In this document: piece by piece, positions 1 through 11,902 of the stretch
How positions within the stretch are numbered: the first letter of the stretch is position 1
Layout of the letters: every line of letters starts with the position of its first letter
The notes under the pieces: generated by a model
Databases searched by the model: none
What the model was told of the DNA's origin: nothing
The model's input: the letters and a program-made list of their open reading frames with translations, nothing else
Program-made: the position numbers and the translations under genes
NCBI GenBank assembly: GCA_016703325.1
Contig: JADJCH010000014.1
Location: 17,931 to 81,930 of the forward strand
Length of the DNA stretch: 64,000 nt
Direction of reading: 5' to 3'
From: Burkholderiales bacterium
Lineage (GTDB): Bacteria > Pseudomonadota > Gammaproteobacteria > Burkholderiales > Burkholderiaceae_C

Positions 1-1251
1 GTAGGTGGGGCTGCCCAGATCGTCGTGGCGATCGTCGTCCAGGAACATCTGCAGCAGCTGGGCGTCGCTGCCGGCCTCCAGCATCTGCTGCTTCCACAGC
101 GCTTCGAGTTCCACCGGGGCAATCGGGTCGCGCACGGCATGCAGGGTCAGCACCGGCCGGTGCAGCCGGGCGCCCGGGTCCTGGTCGGCCGTCAGCGCCG
201 CCAGGGCCGCCGGGTCGGCCTGGTAACGCGGCAGGCGATCCTGCACCTCCCGATCGAACTCGGTGCTGCCGCTGGCCGGGTAAACCACACCTTCGTTGCC
301 GAAGGGGTTGCGGCCCTTGAGCTTGCGCCAGACGACGTCCTGCATCTGCCAGGTGGCCGCCGCCAGCACGCGGGCCAGGCCGGCGGGAGGCACGCCTGCG
401 ACGCGGGTGATGCGCTCCAGCGCCTGCCGCTGCGCGGGGCTGCGTGCACTGTCGGGCTTCGACAGGCCGGTGCAGGCTTCCAGCCGTTCGCCCAGCTGGG
501 TCCGGGTGAGCACCGGACGCTGCGGATCGCTGGTCGGCGGCAGCCCCATCCACAGTGGGTAGTCCCCCTCACCCGGTCCCGGGTGGTTGCGGCAGGCCGC
601 CTGGTAGATCAGGCGCAGGTCCAGCAGTGCATCCAGGCTGCGCACACCGCCCAGCTGGCCACTGGTCAGCAGCAGCGCGCTGTAGGGGGGGCGGCCACTG
701 CTGGTGCGGCGCGGGTGCAGGTCCGGCACGGTGTAGCGGCTGCCCACCGACACGGCCACCCCGGCGCCCCAGCCCTGGCCGTGCAGCAGGGTGAAGTCGG
801 GCTCGCCGTAGTCGGCCACAAAGGCCTGGCGGGCGCGTTCGCTGTCGTCGGCCGCGGCGCGCAGCTCCAGCCCGGGCTGGCGGTAGCCCGAGCCCACCCA
901 GGCGTAGCCGGCCTCCAGCCAGAAGCGCCAGCGCTGCAGGTCCTGCTCGGAACGGTCGGCCGCAGGCGGTTCCAGGTCCGGCTCGCCGCGGGTGAACACC
1001 ACCAGGCGGCGGTTCCACTGTGCCGGCCGGGCCATCCAGACCCAGGCGCCCAGGTAGTCCCGGCCGCGCCGGCATTCGCTGCCCACGGGCAGCCCGCTGG
1101 GGCAGGGTTGCACGCTGGGCAGGTCGCCGGACAGGCGGGAGGCGCCCTGCGCGGCCGCCGTGCCGATCAGGCCGGCCGCGATGAGCAGTCCGACTGCCAG
1201 CCGTGTGCTCGGATGCCGGAAAGGGTGAAGGCGCTGGGGCAACGCAGACAC
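1..1251 (-). CDS. Secreted alpha/beta-hydrolase-fold protein, 3' end truncated by the window edge
   Basis: Absent from the ORF track because it has no stop in the window. Hand translation from GTG at 1251 (RBS GAGGAG upstream) is open to position 1: signal-like LAVGLLIAAGLIGTAAAQG, then WNRRLVVFTRG, AGYAWVGSGY, LLHGQGWGAG and VLTLHAVRDPIAP. Confidence 0.65.
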   Translation of the reverse strand, partial: MSALPQRLHPFRHPSTRLAVGLLIAAGLIGTAAAQGASRLSGDLPSVQPCPSGLPVGSECRRGRDYLGAWVWMARPAQWNRRLVVFTRGEPDLEPPAADRSEQDLQRWRFWLEAGYAWVGSGYRQPGLELRAAADDSERARQAFVADYGEPDFTLLHGQGWGAGVAVSVGSRYTVPDLHPRRTSSGRPPYSALLLTSGQLGGVRSLDALLDLRLIYQAACRNHPGPGEGDYPLWMGLPPTSDPQRPVLTRTQLGERLEACTGLSKPDSARSPAQRQALERITRVAGVPPAGLARVLAAATWQMQDVVWRKLKGRNPFGNEGVVYPASGSTEFDREVQDRLPRYQADPAALAALTADQDPGARLHRPVLTLHAVRDPIAPVELEALWKQQMLEAGSDAQLLQMFLDDDRHDDLGSPTY

Positions 1252-1271
1252 GATGACTTCTCCTCAAGTTC

Positions 1272-2961
1272 TCAGACAACGCGGTTGCGCGCCAGCGGCG
1301 GGTTGCGGGCGAAGTAGCGCACGATGCCGGTGTACAGCGCCAGCACCAGCTGGTTCTGGTAGCGGTCGCTGCGCAGGCGCTGCTCCTCCTCCGGGTTGGA
1401 GATGAAGGCGGTTTCCACCAGGATGGAGGGGATGTCCGGCGCCTTCAGCACCGCAAAGCCGGCCTGCTCGACATGGTCCTTGTGCAGCCGGCCCACCCGG
1501 CCGATGTGCTGCAGCACCTCCCGGCCCACCTTCAGGCTGTCCTTGATCTGCGCGCTGGTGGTCATGTCCAGCAGCGTGCGGAGCACCTGCGCGTCCCGGC
1601 TGGCCTGCTGCGGGATGCCGCCGATGGCATCGGAGGCGTTCTCGCGCCGCGCCATCCAGCGTGCCGCGGCGCTGCTGGCGCTGGACTGCGACAGTGCAAA
1701 CACCGAGGCCCCGCGGGCCTTGGGGGTCAGGAAGGCATCGGCGTGCACCGAGACGAACAGGTCGGCCTGCAGCCGCCGGGCCTTGGCCACCCGCTCCTGC
1801 AGCGGCACGAAGTAGTCGCCATTGCGGGTGAGCACCGCACGCATGCCGGGCCGGGCGTTGATGCGGTCGTGCAGCTTGGTGGCGATCTGCAGCACCACAT
1901 CCTTCTCGCGCAGGCCGCTGGGGCCGATGGCACCGGGATCCTCGCCCCCGTGGCCGGGGTCGATGGCGACGATCAGCAGCCGGTTGATGCCGGCGCGACC
2001 GGGGTTGGCCACGGCGTCGGCCGCGGGCGCACGCCCGGGCGGTCGCGGTGGTGGGGTCTCCGACAGCACATCGCCCGGGCTGCCGCCGGGGCGTGCGATC
2101 GGGCTGGAGGGTTGGGACAGGCGCACCGCTGCCCACCGCGGCGCCGGGTCGAGGGGCTTCGGGGGCGGACGGCGCAGGCGCCGATGGCTCGGACCCTGGG
2201 GTCGAAGGGCCGGAGGGCCTGTCTGCAGGGCGAGCGCCGGGGGCCGGCGCCGGGCGTCCCGGGCCGTTGTCCAGCTGACCGATGAACTCCCCCAGGGCAT
2301 CGTTGAGATCGGCTGCGGCCTGCTGTGCTGCCTCCTGCCCTGACCGCGGCCAGGGTCGCGCACCGGGGCTGGGGGTCTGCTGGGCTGTTTCGCGCTCGTG
2401 CACCAGCGTCAGCAATGGGTCGGGGGCCACCGCCGGGCGCAGGTCGAACACCAGGCGGTGGCGGTAGGGTGCGATCGGCGCCAGCGCGAACACCTGGGGG
2501 GCGCTGGTGCGCTTGAGGTCGAGCACCAGCCGCACCCGGGCCCCGCCTGTCGACGCATCTGCCGCAGTGCTCCCGCCCAGCGTGGTGGAGGTGGCCGATG
2601 CTCCATTTGCTGCCGTTGCCGGCCCCTGCCCCAGGCGGATGCCGGCGATGTTGGGGTCGTCCGCCCCCACCTTGCCCACCAGCTCGCGCAGGGTGGGGTT
2701 GAGCTCCAGGCCGTCGATGTCGATCACCAGCCGCGGTGGGTCGCTGATGGCGAAATGGCGGGCCTGGAGGGCCTGGTCCGACTCCAGCGTGATGCGGGTG
2801 TAGTCGGCCGAAGGCCACACCCGCACCGCCACCAGCGCGGCACCTTGCACCAGCTCTGCCGGCCCGAGCAGCAGCAGCCAGCCCCCGCCAACCTGTCGCC
2901 ACCAGTGGCGGCGGGGTGGATCGGTGGTGCGGGAGGTGTCGGAAGGGGAGGGCGGCGTCAT
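1272..2961 (-). CDS. amiC: N-acetylmuramoyl-L-alanine amidase (AMIN + Amidase_3), frameshifted as sequenced near 2050-2150
   Basis: Tat-like N-terminus and AMIN domain (VRVWPSADYTRITLES...PPRLVIDI) lie in one frame; the catalytic domain (VAIDPGHGGEDPGA, ADLFVSVHAD, SILVETAFISN) lies in another. Start overlaps the tsaE stop (ATGA). Confidence 0.9.
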
Positions 2962-3587
2962 CGGCGGGTGGCGTCGTCGGAGGAAAGGGATCGCAGGGCC
3001 TGCAGCAGGCTCAGCCCCACGGGGCTGCAGGCCTGGGCCTGCAGACGTCGTGCAGGGGAGTCGGTATCGGTGATGGGGTGGGCGCTGGGGTCTGCGCTGA
3101 CGTTGGCGCTGTCGTCGGCGAAATCGATCTGCAGTTTCAGGTCGGCAGGCGGCAGCAGGCCGGCGGCCTTCTCCGGCCATTCCACCAGCTTCAGGCCGGG
3201 GCTGGCGAAGAGCTCGCGGAAACCCGCGTCCTCCCATTCCTGCGGATCGTTGAAGCGGTAGAAGTCGAAGTGCAGCAGCGGCAGCCGGGCCGCATCGTCG
3301 GAGCCGGCACCGCTGGCGACGGCAGCGGGCAGGGGCACTTCGTAGGGTTCGACGATGGCGTAGCTCGGGCTCTTGATGCGCCCGGTCACGCCCAGGGCCC
3401 GCAGCAGGTGGCGGGCGAAGGTGGTCTTGCCCGCACCGAGCGGGCCGACGAGCTGGATCTGCGCCTGGCGGATGTCCGGCTGGCCGGCCAGGGCCTCGGC
3501 ACAGGCCTGGCAGGCGGATTCATCCGGCCAGGACAGGGACAGGGACAGGGACAGGTTTGGGGTGAGGGTCTGGGTTTCTAGAATCAC
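2958..3587 (-). CDS. tsaE: tRNA threonylcarbamoyladenosine biosynthesis ATPase TsaE
   Basis: GPLGAGKTT P-loop, IKSPSY, HFDFYRF, LVEWPE; amiC-tsaE/queG synteny; GTG start at 3587. Confidence 0.93.
   Translation of the reverse strand: MILETQTLTPNLSLSLSLSWPDESACQACAEALAGQPDIRQAQIQLVGPLGAGKTTFARHLLRALGVTGRIKSPSYAIVEPYEVPLPAAVASGAGSDDAARLPLLHFDFYRFNDPQEWEDAGFRELFASPGLKLVEWPEKAAGLLPPADLKLQIDFADDSANVSADPSAHPITDTDSPARRLQAQACSPVGLSLLQALRSLSSDDATRR
3531..3554. repeat. Perfect (GGACAG)x4 tandem repeat inside tsaE, encoding LSLSLSLS
   Basis: Four identical hexamers read directly from the sequence. Confidence 0.85.
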
Positions 3588-3590
3588 CGG

Positions 3591-4748
3591 ATGTCCGATC
3601 AGACCGCGCCTGCTGCCGAAGCGCCCGCCCAAGCCCGCACCCTGGCACCCGGGCGCGGGGAGGAGCTGCTCGTCAAGCTGCGCGAATGGGGGCAAGCGGC
3701 CGGATTCTCCCAGATCGCTGTCGCAGACGTGAACCTGGCCTCCGCAGAGCCGGGCCTGCTGGCCTGGCTGGAGGCCGGTTTTCACGGTCAGATGGGTTAC
3801 ATGGCCGCCCACGGGCTGAAGCGGGCGAGGCCGGCCGAGCTGCTGCCCGGTACGCTGCGGGTCATCACCGCCCGCATGGATTACCTGCCGCGCGACACGC
3901 CGGCGGATTGGCGCGAGCGCGAGGCGCAGCGTCTGCAGCAACCCGGCGAGGCGGTGGTGTCGATCTACGCCCGGGGCCGGGACTACCACAAGGTAATGCG
4001 CCAGCGACTGCAGGGCCTGGCCGAGCGGCTGGCCGCCGAGGTGGGGCCGCTGGGGTACCGGGTGTTCTGCGACTCGGCCCCGGTGCTGGAGGTGGAGCTG
4101 GCCGCACGCAGCGGGCTGGGCTGGCGCGGCAAGCACACGCTGCTGTTGGAACGAGAAGGAGGCTCGATGGCCTTCCTCGGTGAGATCTTCGTGGACCTGC
4201 CGCTGCCACTCACCCCGGAAGTGCCCGACCACTGCGGGCGCTGCAATGCCTGCCTGGATGCCTGCCCGACGGCGGCCATCGTGGCGCCCTACCGCCTGGA
4301 TGCGCGCCGCTGCATCAGCTACCTGACCATCGAACACGACGGGCCGATCCCGCTGGAGCTGCGCACCGCCCTGGGCAACCGCATCTACGGCTGTGACGAC
4401 TGCCAGCGCGTCTGCCCCTGGAACAAGTTTGCCCGACGCAGCCCGCTGCCGGATTTCGACGTGCGCGAGCCGCTGGGCAGCGCCACGCTGCTGCAGCTGT
4501 GGCGCTGGGAGGAGGCGGAGTTCCTGCGCCGCACCGAGGGCAGCCCGATCCGCCGCATCGGCCACCGCCGCTGGCTGCGCAACCTGGCGGTGGCGCTGGG
4601 CAACGCCTGGCGCGACAGCGGGGCGCCGGAGTTCGCCCAGGTGCTGCAGCAGCGCCGCGCGACGGCCGACGACCTGCTGGCCGAACACATCGATTGGGCG
4701 CTGGCCCAGCGCGGGCCGGCGCTCAGCGCAACGCAGCAAACAGGCTGA
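3591..4748 (+). CDS. queG: Epoxyqueuosine reductase
   Basis: YARGRDYHKV, GLGWRGKHTLL, CGRCNACLDACPT and IYGCDDCQRVCPWN Fe-S motifs. Confidence 0.96.
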   Translation: MSDQTAPAAEAPAQARTLAPGRGEELLVKLREWGQAAGFSQIAVADVNLASAEPGLLAWLEAGFHGQMGYMAAHGLKRARPAELLPGTLRVITARMDYLPRDTPADWREREAQRLQQPGEAVVSIYARGRDYHKVMRQRLQGLAERLAAEVGPLGYRVFCDSAPVLEVELAARSGLGWRGKHTLLLEREGGSMAFLGEIFVDLPLPLTPEVPDHCGRCNACLDACPTAAIVAPYRLDARRCISYLTIEHDGPIPLELRTALGNRIYGCDDCQRVCPWNKFARRSPLPDFDVREPLGSATLLQLWRWEEAEFLRRTEGSPIRRIGHRRWLRNLAVALGNAWRDSGAPEFAQVLQQRRATADDLLAEHIDWALAQRGPALSATQQTG

Positions 4749-5631
4749 GGGCTGCCGGCACACTCCACATGCCCAGCAGGGTGGAGGCGGTGACCAGCCC
4801 GGCGACGTAGGGCCCGTCGCCCCCCATGCGGGCGGCCAGCACGTAGCAGCTCGACGCGGTGGGCAGCGCCGCAAAGGCCACCAGAATCTGAGCCTGCCCG
4901 CTGGGCAGTGCCAGCAGCGCTCCCAGGCCCAGCCCGATCAATGGCAGCAGCAGGTGGCGGATGCCCAGCAGGGCCGTGGCCAGCCGGGGCGCCTTCTGCA
5001 GGCCGCCCAGCTCCAGCCCGGCGCCCACCGCCATCAGGCCCAGCGGCAGCGCGGCCGCGCCGATGCGGCCCAGCACCGTGTCCACCGGGGCGGGCAGGCG
5101 CAGGCCCGCCAGGTTGGCGACCAGCCCGGCCACCGTGGCCAGGATCAGCGGGTTGTGCAGCAGCTCGCGCAGGGTGTTCTGGCCGCCGTGGCGGGCCAGT
5201 GACCAGACCGCACCCAGGTTGCACAGCGGCACGCACAGGGCCACCAACAAGGCGATCGCCGCCACCCCTTCGGAGCCGCCGATGCGCTCGGCCAGCGCCA
5301 GCGCCACATAGGAGTTGAAGCGGAAGGACACCTGCGCGCCGCTGGCCTGCAGCCGCGGGTCCACCCCCGGCAGCCGGCGCAGCGCGGTGGCCAGCGCAAA
5401 GCCGGCGCCTACCACCGCCCAGCCGCCCAGCCCCAGGCCCAGCGAGGCGGCCGGGTTCAGCGGGCTGCGCACGATGGCGGTGAACAGCAGCACCGGAAAG
5501 AGCAGCCAGTAGACCAGGCGCTCCGCCGCGTTCCAGACCGGGCGGTCGAGTGCGGTGAAGCGGCACACCAGAAAGCCGACCACGATCAGCAGGAAGTCGG
5601 GCAGCAGCAACAGCGCATAGGACAGGAACAT
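4723..5631 (-). CDS. AEC (auxin efflux carrier) family transporter
   Basis: Multi-TM protein with [20 protein letters not shown] and [18 protein letters not shown] patterns. Confidence 0.85.
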   Translation of the reverse strand: MFLSYALLLLPDFLLIVVGFLVCRFTALDRPVWNAAERLVYWLLFPVLLFTAIVRSPLNPAASLGLGLGGWAVVGAGFALATALRRLPGVDPRLQASGAQVSFRFNSYVALALAERIGGSEGVAAIALLVALCVPLCNLGAVWSLARHGGQNTLRELLHNPLILATVAGLVANLAGLRLPAPVDTVLGRIGAAALPLGLMAVGAGLELGGLQKAPRLATALLGIRHLLLPLIGLGLGALLALPSGQAQILVAFAALPTASSCYVLAARMGGDGPYVAGLVTASTLLGMWSVPAALSLFAALR

Positions 5632-5740
5632 GGCGGCAGCCTACCTGACTCTCCCTGACCCACCGCGGGGAGTGGGCAGGCTAGGATCCCGCCGACGCAT
5701 CCCCCTTTTTTTTGCCATCGTTCCTCAAGGAGATCGCAGC

Positions 5741-6724
5741 ATGCAACGTCGCCACCTGCTCGGCGCCACCAGCGCCATCGTCACCGCCATGGGCCTGGCG
5801 CTCAGCCCGGCGGCCCTGGCCCAGGGTTATCCGACCAAGGCGGTGCGCCTGGTGGTGCCCTTTGCGCCCGGCGGCACCACCGACATCGTCGCCCGCGTGG
5901 TGGCCGAAAAGATCACCCCGGCCCTGGGCCAGACCCTGGTGGTGGAGAACAAGGCCGGTGGCGGCGGCATCGTCGGCGCTGCCGAGGTGGTGAAGTCCGC
6001 CGCCGACGGCTACACGCTGGGCATGGCCACCGTGTCCACCACCGCAGCCAATCCGGCCATCAACCCGAAGACGCCCTACAACCCGCTCACCGACTTCACG
6101 CCGATCATCAACATCGCGGCCACGCCCAACGTGATCGCGGTGCATCCGAGCTTCCCGGCAAGGGACTACAAGACCTTCCTGGAGGTGGTGAAGAAGTCCC
6201 CAGGCCGCTACTCTTTCGCCAGCTCCGGCACCGGCGGTATCGGTCACCTGCAGATGGAGCTCTACAAGAACCTGTCGGGCACCTTCATCACCCACATTCC
6301 GTACCGCGGTGCCGGCCCGGCGCTCAACGACACCGTGGCCGGCCAGGTGCCGATCATCTTCGACAACCTGCCCTCGGCGCTGCCCTTCATCAAGGACGGC
6401 CGGCTGATTCCGATCGTGGTGGCCGCTCCCACCCGCCTGGCGGTGCTGCCGAACATCCCGACCTTCAAGGAGGTGGGGCTGGAGCCGGTCAACCGCATGG
6501 CCTACTACGGCGTGCTCGGCCCCAAGGGCCTGCCCAAGGAGGTGGTCGAGAAGGTCAGCGCTGCGGTGAAGAAGACGCTGGAGGAGCCGGCGGTGAAGAA
6601 GCGCATCGAGGACACCGGCTCGGTCATCGTGGCCAATACGCCGGAGCAGTTCGCGGACCAGATCAAGGCCGAATTCGAGGTCTACAAGAAGGTGGTCCAG
6701 CAGCAGAAGCTCCAGCTGGACTGA
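5741..6724 (+). CDS. Tripartite tricarboxylate transporter substrate-binding protein (Bug/TctC family)
   Basis: [42 protein letters not shown]; RBS AAGGAG before ATG at 5741. Confidence 0.93.
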   Translation: MQRRHLLGATSAIVTAMGLALSPAALAQGYPTKAVRLVVPFAPGGTTDIVARVVAEKITPALGQTLVVENKAGGGGIVGAAEVVKSAADGYTLGMATVSTTAANPAINPKTPYNPLTDFTPIINIAATPNVIAVHPSFPARDYKTFLEVVKKSPGRYSFASSGTGGIGHLQMELYKNLSGTFITHIPYRGAGPALNDTVAGQVPIIFDNLPSALPFIKDGRLIPIVVAAPTRLAVLPNIPTFKEVGLEPVNRMAYYGVLGPKGLPKEVVEKVSAAVKKTLEEPAVKKRIEDTGSVIVANTPEQFADQIKAEFEVYKKVVQQQKLQLD

Positions 6725-6743
6725 ACCTGTGAACGAACCCTCC

Positions 6744-7744
6744 ATGCCCGCTGCCAACCGGCGCGCCCGCTCTTCGCAAATGTCGCCAGCAGCTGGCCCC
6801 TCCCGGTCCGGCCGGTTGGTTCTGATGGCTGGCCGGCCGACCAGGCGCTGATCGACCGCTTCATCGATGCGCTGTGGCTGGAGGATGGCCTGGCCGCCAA
6901 CAGCCTGGCGGCCTACCGGCGTGACCTGAGCGCGCTGGCCGCGTGGCTGCCCCAGGCCGATGCCCACCTGACCGGGGAGGCCGCACCGCGCCTCAACGAG
7001 CTGCGCGAGAGCCACCTGCTGGCCTACATCACCGCCCGCCATGCCGCGACCCGAGCCACCACCGCCAACCGGCGGCTGACGGTGTTCAAGCGCTTCTACC
7101 GCTGGGCGCTGCGTGAGCACCTCTGCAGCGCCGACCCGACGCTGCGCCTGGCCGCCGCGCGCCAGCCGCTGAGGCTGCCGCACAGCCTCAGCGAGGCGCA
7201 GGTGGAAGCCCTGCTGGCGGCGCCGGACCTGACCACGCCGCTGGGCCTGCGCGACCGCACGATGTTCGAGCTCATGTACGCCGCCGGGCTGCGGGTGACG
7301 GAGCTCACCACCCTGAAACTGCTGCACCTGAGCCTGAACGACGGCGTGCTGCAGGTGACCGGCAAGGGCAGCAAGGAACGCCTGCTGCCCTTCGGCGAAG
7401 TGGCGCGGGACTGGGTGGAGCGTTACCTGGCCGAGGCCCGCCCTCAGCTGCTGGCCGGGCGGGCCTGCGACGAACTCTTCGTCACCGTACGCGGGGCCGG
7501 CATGACGAGGCAGATGGCCTGGCACCTGGTCAAGCAGCATGCGAAGCGCGCCGGCATCACCGCACCGCTGTCGCCGCACACCCTGCGCCATGCCTTCGCC
7601 ACGCACCTGCTCAACCACGGGGCCGACCTGCGCGTGGTGCAGCTGCTGCTGGGGCATGCGGACATCTCCACCACCCAGATCTACACCCACGTGGCCAGGG
7701 AGCGGCTCAAGCAGCTGCATGCCAGACACCACCCGCGCGGCTGA
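6744..7744 (+). CDS. xerD: Site-specific tyrosine recombinase XerD; 5' end appears frameshifted (about 6780-6840)
   Basis: IDRFIDALWLEDGLAANSLAAYRRDL from 6839 is in frame with RDRTMFELMYAAGLRV and HTLRHAFATHLLNHGADLRVVQLLLGHADISTTQIYTHV. That frame has no ATG/GTG/TTG between the upstream stop (6724) and 6839; ATG 6744 is in another frame. Confidence 0.9.
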
Positions 7745-7857
7745 TCCCTGCCGCACCCATCGTCGCGGCTCAGGGTTCACGGGGATGCCCGCAGGCGCGC
7801 GGCGGCCTGGGCACAATCCGTCCGACGCGTCCCCCCCACCGCCCGAAAGAGGTGACC

Positions 7858-8819
<962 letters not shown>

Positions 8820-8833
8820 AGGTTGACGGGCTC

Positions 8834-9338
8834 TCAGCCCAGCAGCCCGAGGTCGATCGCCATGCCCTTCAGCCCGGGCAGGGGTGTGACCCCGGGGTGT
8901 TCGGTGGAGGAGATGTCGCTGTATTCACCGCCTTCCAGGCGGCTGTAGAAGCGCAACCGGCCCCGGCCGGCTTCCAGGTCCACCAGCCAGACGTGGGCCA
9001 CGCCGTGGCGGGCATACAGGGGCAGCTTGACTTCGCGGTCGTAGCGGGCACTGCTGTCGGCCACCTCGATCAGCAGCAGCTCCGCCTGGGGCGTCGCGGG
9101 GCAGCAGCGTCGGTCGGCTCCTGCGCGGCACGGCACCACCCACCCGGTCCGCGCAGCCAGGGTTCAGCAGACTGACGGCTGACGCATGCCGGCTCTTCTG
9201 TGGTGCCATGTCGATCACCTCCCCATCGATCAGTTCCACCCGGGCGTCGGGCGGGAAGATGCCCGCCTCGGCCATGCGGTAGTACTCCGCCACACTCAGG
9301 CGGTGGCGGGCCAGCAGAGGAACATCGAAGGCGCCCAT
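8834..9338 (-). pseudogene. Uma2 (DUF820) family endonuclease, disrupted
   Basis: N-terminal RVELIDGEVIDMAP...H and C-terminal LLIEVADSSARYDREVKLPLYARHGVAHVWLVD lie in different frames; the middle EPxPD segment looks shortened and scrambled (9090-9160). Confidence 0.75.
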
Positions 9339-9371
9339 GGAGACGATTCTATGCAGCTCCCGCCGGGGAGG

Positions 9372-10397
9372 TCACTGCACCGTGCCGCTGCCCGGCCCCT
9401 GGTCGGCCGCGGGAATGAAGAGTTTGGCCACGTCCACCGCGTCGAAGTGGTACTGCGCGCCGCAGAAGTCGCAGCCCACCTCCACCTCGCCGCGTTCGGC
9501 GATGATGGACTGCACCTCATCGTGGCCCAGGCCATGCAGCATGCGCGCCACCCGATCGGCCGAGCAGGTGCAGGCAAAGCGCGGGCCGTCCTCGCCGGTC
9601 TGGGCCGGGAAGCGGCGCAGGTCCTCCTCCCAGAACAGGCGGCGCAGCAGGGTGTCCACGTCCAGGTTCAGCAGCTCCTCGCGCTTGAGCGTCGACGCCA
9701 GCGTGGCGATGCGCAGGTAGTCCTCGTTGCGGCCGATCTGGTCCTCGTCCGCCCCGCCGGCGCTGCCGGCCAGGTTGTGCTCGCCCTTGACCGGCAGGCG
9801 CTGGATCAGAAGTCCGGCGGCGACCTGGTCATCGGCCGCCAGGATCAGGCGGGTGTCGAGCTGCTCGGACTGCAGCATGTAGTGCTCCAGCACCTGGGCC
9901 AGCTGCTGCAGAGGTTCATGGTGGTCGCCGTGCAGCGGCACCACGCCCTGGTAGGGCTGTTGGCCGGGCTGGCGGTCCTTGGGGTCGAGGGTGATGGCGC
10001 AGCGGCCCTTGCCGTGCACGTTCAGCATGGCCTCGATGCCGGCATCGCTGGCCACCTCACCCTGCACCTTGGCCGTGGCGCGCAGGGCCAGGTCGGGCTG
10101 CACCTCCGCCACCGCGAGATTGACCGGGCCGTCGCCCTGCATCTGCAGGATCAGCGCGCCGTTGAACTTGATGTTGGACTGCATCAGCACCGCCGCTGCG
10201 CTCATCTCGCCCAGCAGGCGGCGCACCGGCTCGGGGTAGCCGCCGGCAGCCTCGCGGCGCTGCAGCATCTCGGTCCAGGCACCGGTCAGGCGCACCAGCA
10301 TGCCGCGCACCGGCAGGCCCTCGAAGAGGAACTTGTGCAGCTCGCCGCCGTCGATCGATTCGGCGCTGATGCGGGGTTGGGGGCGGGATGGAACCAT
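9372..10397 (-). CDS. hslO: Redox-regulated chaperone Hsp33
   Basis: FLFEGLPVRG, LILQMQGDGPV, CTCS and EVGCDFC zinc motifs. Confidence 0.95.
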   Translation of the reverse strand: MVPSRPQPRISAESIDGGELHKFLFEGLPVRGMLVRLTGAWTEMLQRREAAGGYPEPVRRLLGEMSAAAVLMQSNIKFNGALILQMQGDGPVNLAVAEVQPDLALRATAKVQGEVASDAGIEAMLNVHGKGRCAITLDPKDRQPGQQPYQGVVPLHGDHHEPLQQLAQVLEHYMLQSEQLDTRLILAADDQVAAGLLIQRLPVKGEHNLAGSAGGADEDQIGRNEDYLRIATLASTLKREELLNLDVDTLLRRLFWEEDLRRFPAQTGEDGPRFACTCSADRVARMLHGLGHDEVQSIIAERGEVEVGCDFCGAQYHFDAVDVAKLFIPAADQGPGSGTVQ

Positions 10398-10428
10398 GGG
10401 GCTGCCTCGTCAAACTGAGGGGACTGCG

Positions 10429-10953
10429 TCAGCCGATCTTTTTCAGATCGCTGCGGTAGCTGCGGCTGCGTTCGGTGTAGGCGCCGGCACCCAACGCCAC
10501 GCGCATGGACTGTTCCGGAGAGAGGATCTTCACGACCTTCGCGGGGCTGCCAAGGATCATCGAGTGGTCGGGAAACTCCTTGCCCTCGGTGACCAGCGAG
10601 CCGGCACCCACCAGGCAGCCGCGCCCGATCTTCGCACCGTTGAGCACCACCGCACCGATGCCGATGAGCGAGCCGTCGCCGATCTCGCAGCCGTGCAGCA
10701 CACACTGGTGGCCGACGGTGACGTTCTCACCGATCTTCACCTCGATGCCCGCGTCGGTGTGGATGACGCTGTTGTCCTGGATGTTGCTGCCACGGCCGAT
10801 ATGGATGTGGTCGGTGTCGCCCCGGATGACGGTGCCGAACCAGACGCTGGCGCCCTCGGCCAGGTGCACTTTGCCGATCACCGTGGCGCTGTCGGCCACG
10901 AAGCTGTCGGGGTGGATCTCGGGCACGTCCTCGCCGAGTTGGTAGATCGCCAT
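10429..10953 (-). CDS. Gamma carbonic anhydrase family protein (YrdA-like)
   Basis: Hexapeptide repeats, VIRGD, SNIQDNSVIH, VGHQCVLHGC; ATG at 10953. Confidence 0.92.
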   Translation of the reverse strand: MAIYQLGEDVPEIHPDSFVADSATVIGKVHLAEGASVWFGTVIRGDTDHIHIGRGSNIQDNSVIHTDAGIEVKIGENVTVGHQCVLHGCEIGDGSLIGIGAVVLNGAKIGRGCLVGAGSLVTEGKEFPDHSMILGSPAKVVKILSPEQSMRVALGAGAYTERSRSYRSDLKKIG

Positions 10954-11033
10954 GGGCTGCTGCTCCTGCCGGGCGGAGGCCGGTCCGGGGGGGGATGGGT
11001 TGGGCGGTATGGGGAAGGGGCAGAATTGTAGGG

Positions 11034-11873
11034 ATGGAGCTCCGACCTGCGGCCCTGGCGGCCTTGTGCATTGCCGACCCCCGCGCCAAATGCGAGGCGG
11101 TGCACCGCCTCTGGGTCGACCGTGACCGGCTGGAGGTCGGCCCCGCGGCGCTGGCCCGTGAACTGGCCGAGCCTGCGGGTGCGCCCGGCCGTCCGGCACT
11201 GCCCCGGCTGGTGCCGCCGGGTGCGGTGCCGCAGCGTTCGCCCTTCACCCGGGAGGGCCGCGCGGCGCTGCTGCACGCCATCGCCCACATCGAGTTCAAC
11301 GCCATCAACCTGGCGCTGGACGCGGTGTGGCGCTTCGCCGGCCTGCCCGCGGCCTACTACCTGGACTGGCTGCGGGTGGCCGACGAGGAGGCCACCCACC
11401 ACTGGCTGGTGGCTGACCACCTGGCCACTCTGGGCCATGCCTACGGCGACTTCGGGGCGCACGACGGCCTGTGGTCGATGGCGGTCAAGACCCGCGCCGA
11501 CTTCACCGCCCGCATGGCCCTGGTCCCGCGCACGCTGGAGGCGCGCGGGCTGGACGTGACCCCCGGCATCCAGGCCAAGCTGAAGCAGGCCGGCGACCCG
11601 GCCGCCGTGTCGGTGCTGGACGTGATCCTGCGCGACGAGGTGGGCCACGTGGCCATCGGCAACCACTGGTACCGCTGGGCCTGCGAGCGCGAAGGCCGTG
11701 ATCCGATGGCCGGTTACGCCGAACTGGCCGCCCGCTACGCTGCGCCCCGACTCAAGCCGCCGTTCAACCGCGAGGCACGGCGGCGTGCCGGTTTCACTGC
11801 GGCCGAGATGGACTGGCTGGACGGCCTGGACAGCCGGGAACGCCTGGAGGCGGCGCAGCCCGACGGCCGCTGA
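11034..11873 (+). CDS. Ferritin-like domain protein (DUF455)
   Basis: LLHAIAHIEFNAINLALDA, EEATHH, LEARGLDV, ILRDEVGHVAIG. Confidence 0.9.
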   Translation: MELRPAALAALCIADPRAKCEAVHRLWVDRDRLEVGPAALARELAEPAGAPGRPALPRLVPPGAVPQRSPFTREGRAALLHAIAHIEFNAINLALDAVWRFAGLPAAYYLDWLRVADEEATHHWLVADHLATLGHAYGDFGAHDGLWSMAVKTRADFTARMALVPRTLEARGLDVTPGIQAKLKQAGDPAAVSVLDVILRDEVGHVAIGNHWYRWACEREGRDPMAGYAELAARYAAPRLKPPFNREARRRAGFTAAEMDWLDGLDSRERLEAAQPDGR

Positions 11874-11902
11874 AAGCAGGCGGCCGCCGACCGTTCACCG
11901 GT

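Noticed and set aside
6744-7744. Tyrosine recombinase as a mobile-element integrase
   Set aside because: The C-terminus and neighbourhood fit housekeeping XerD.
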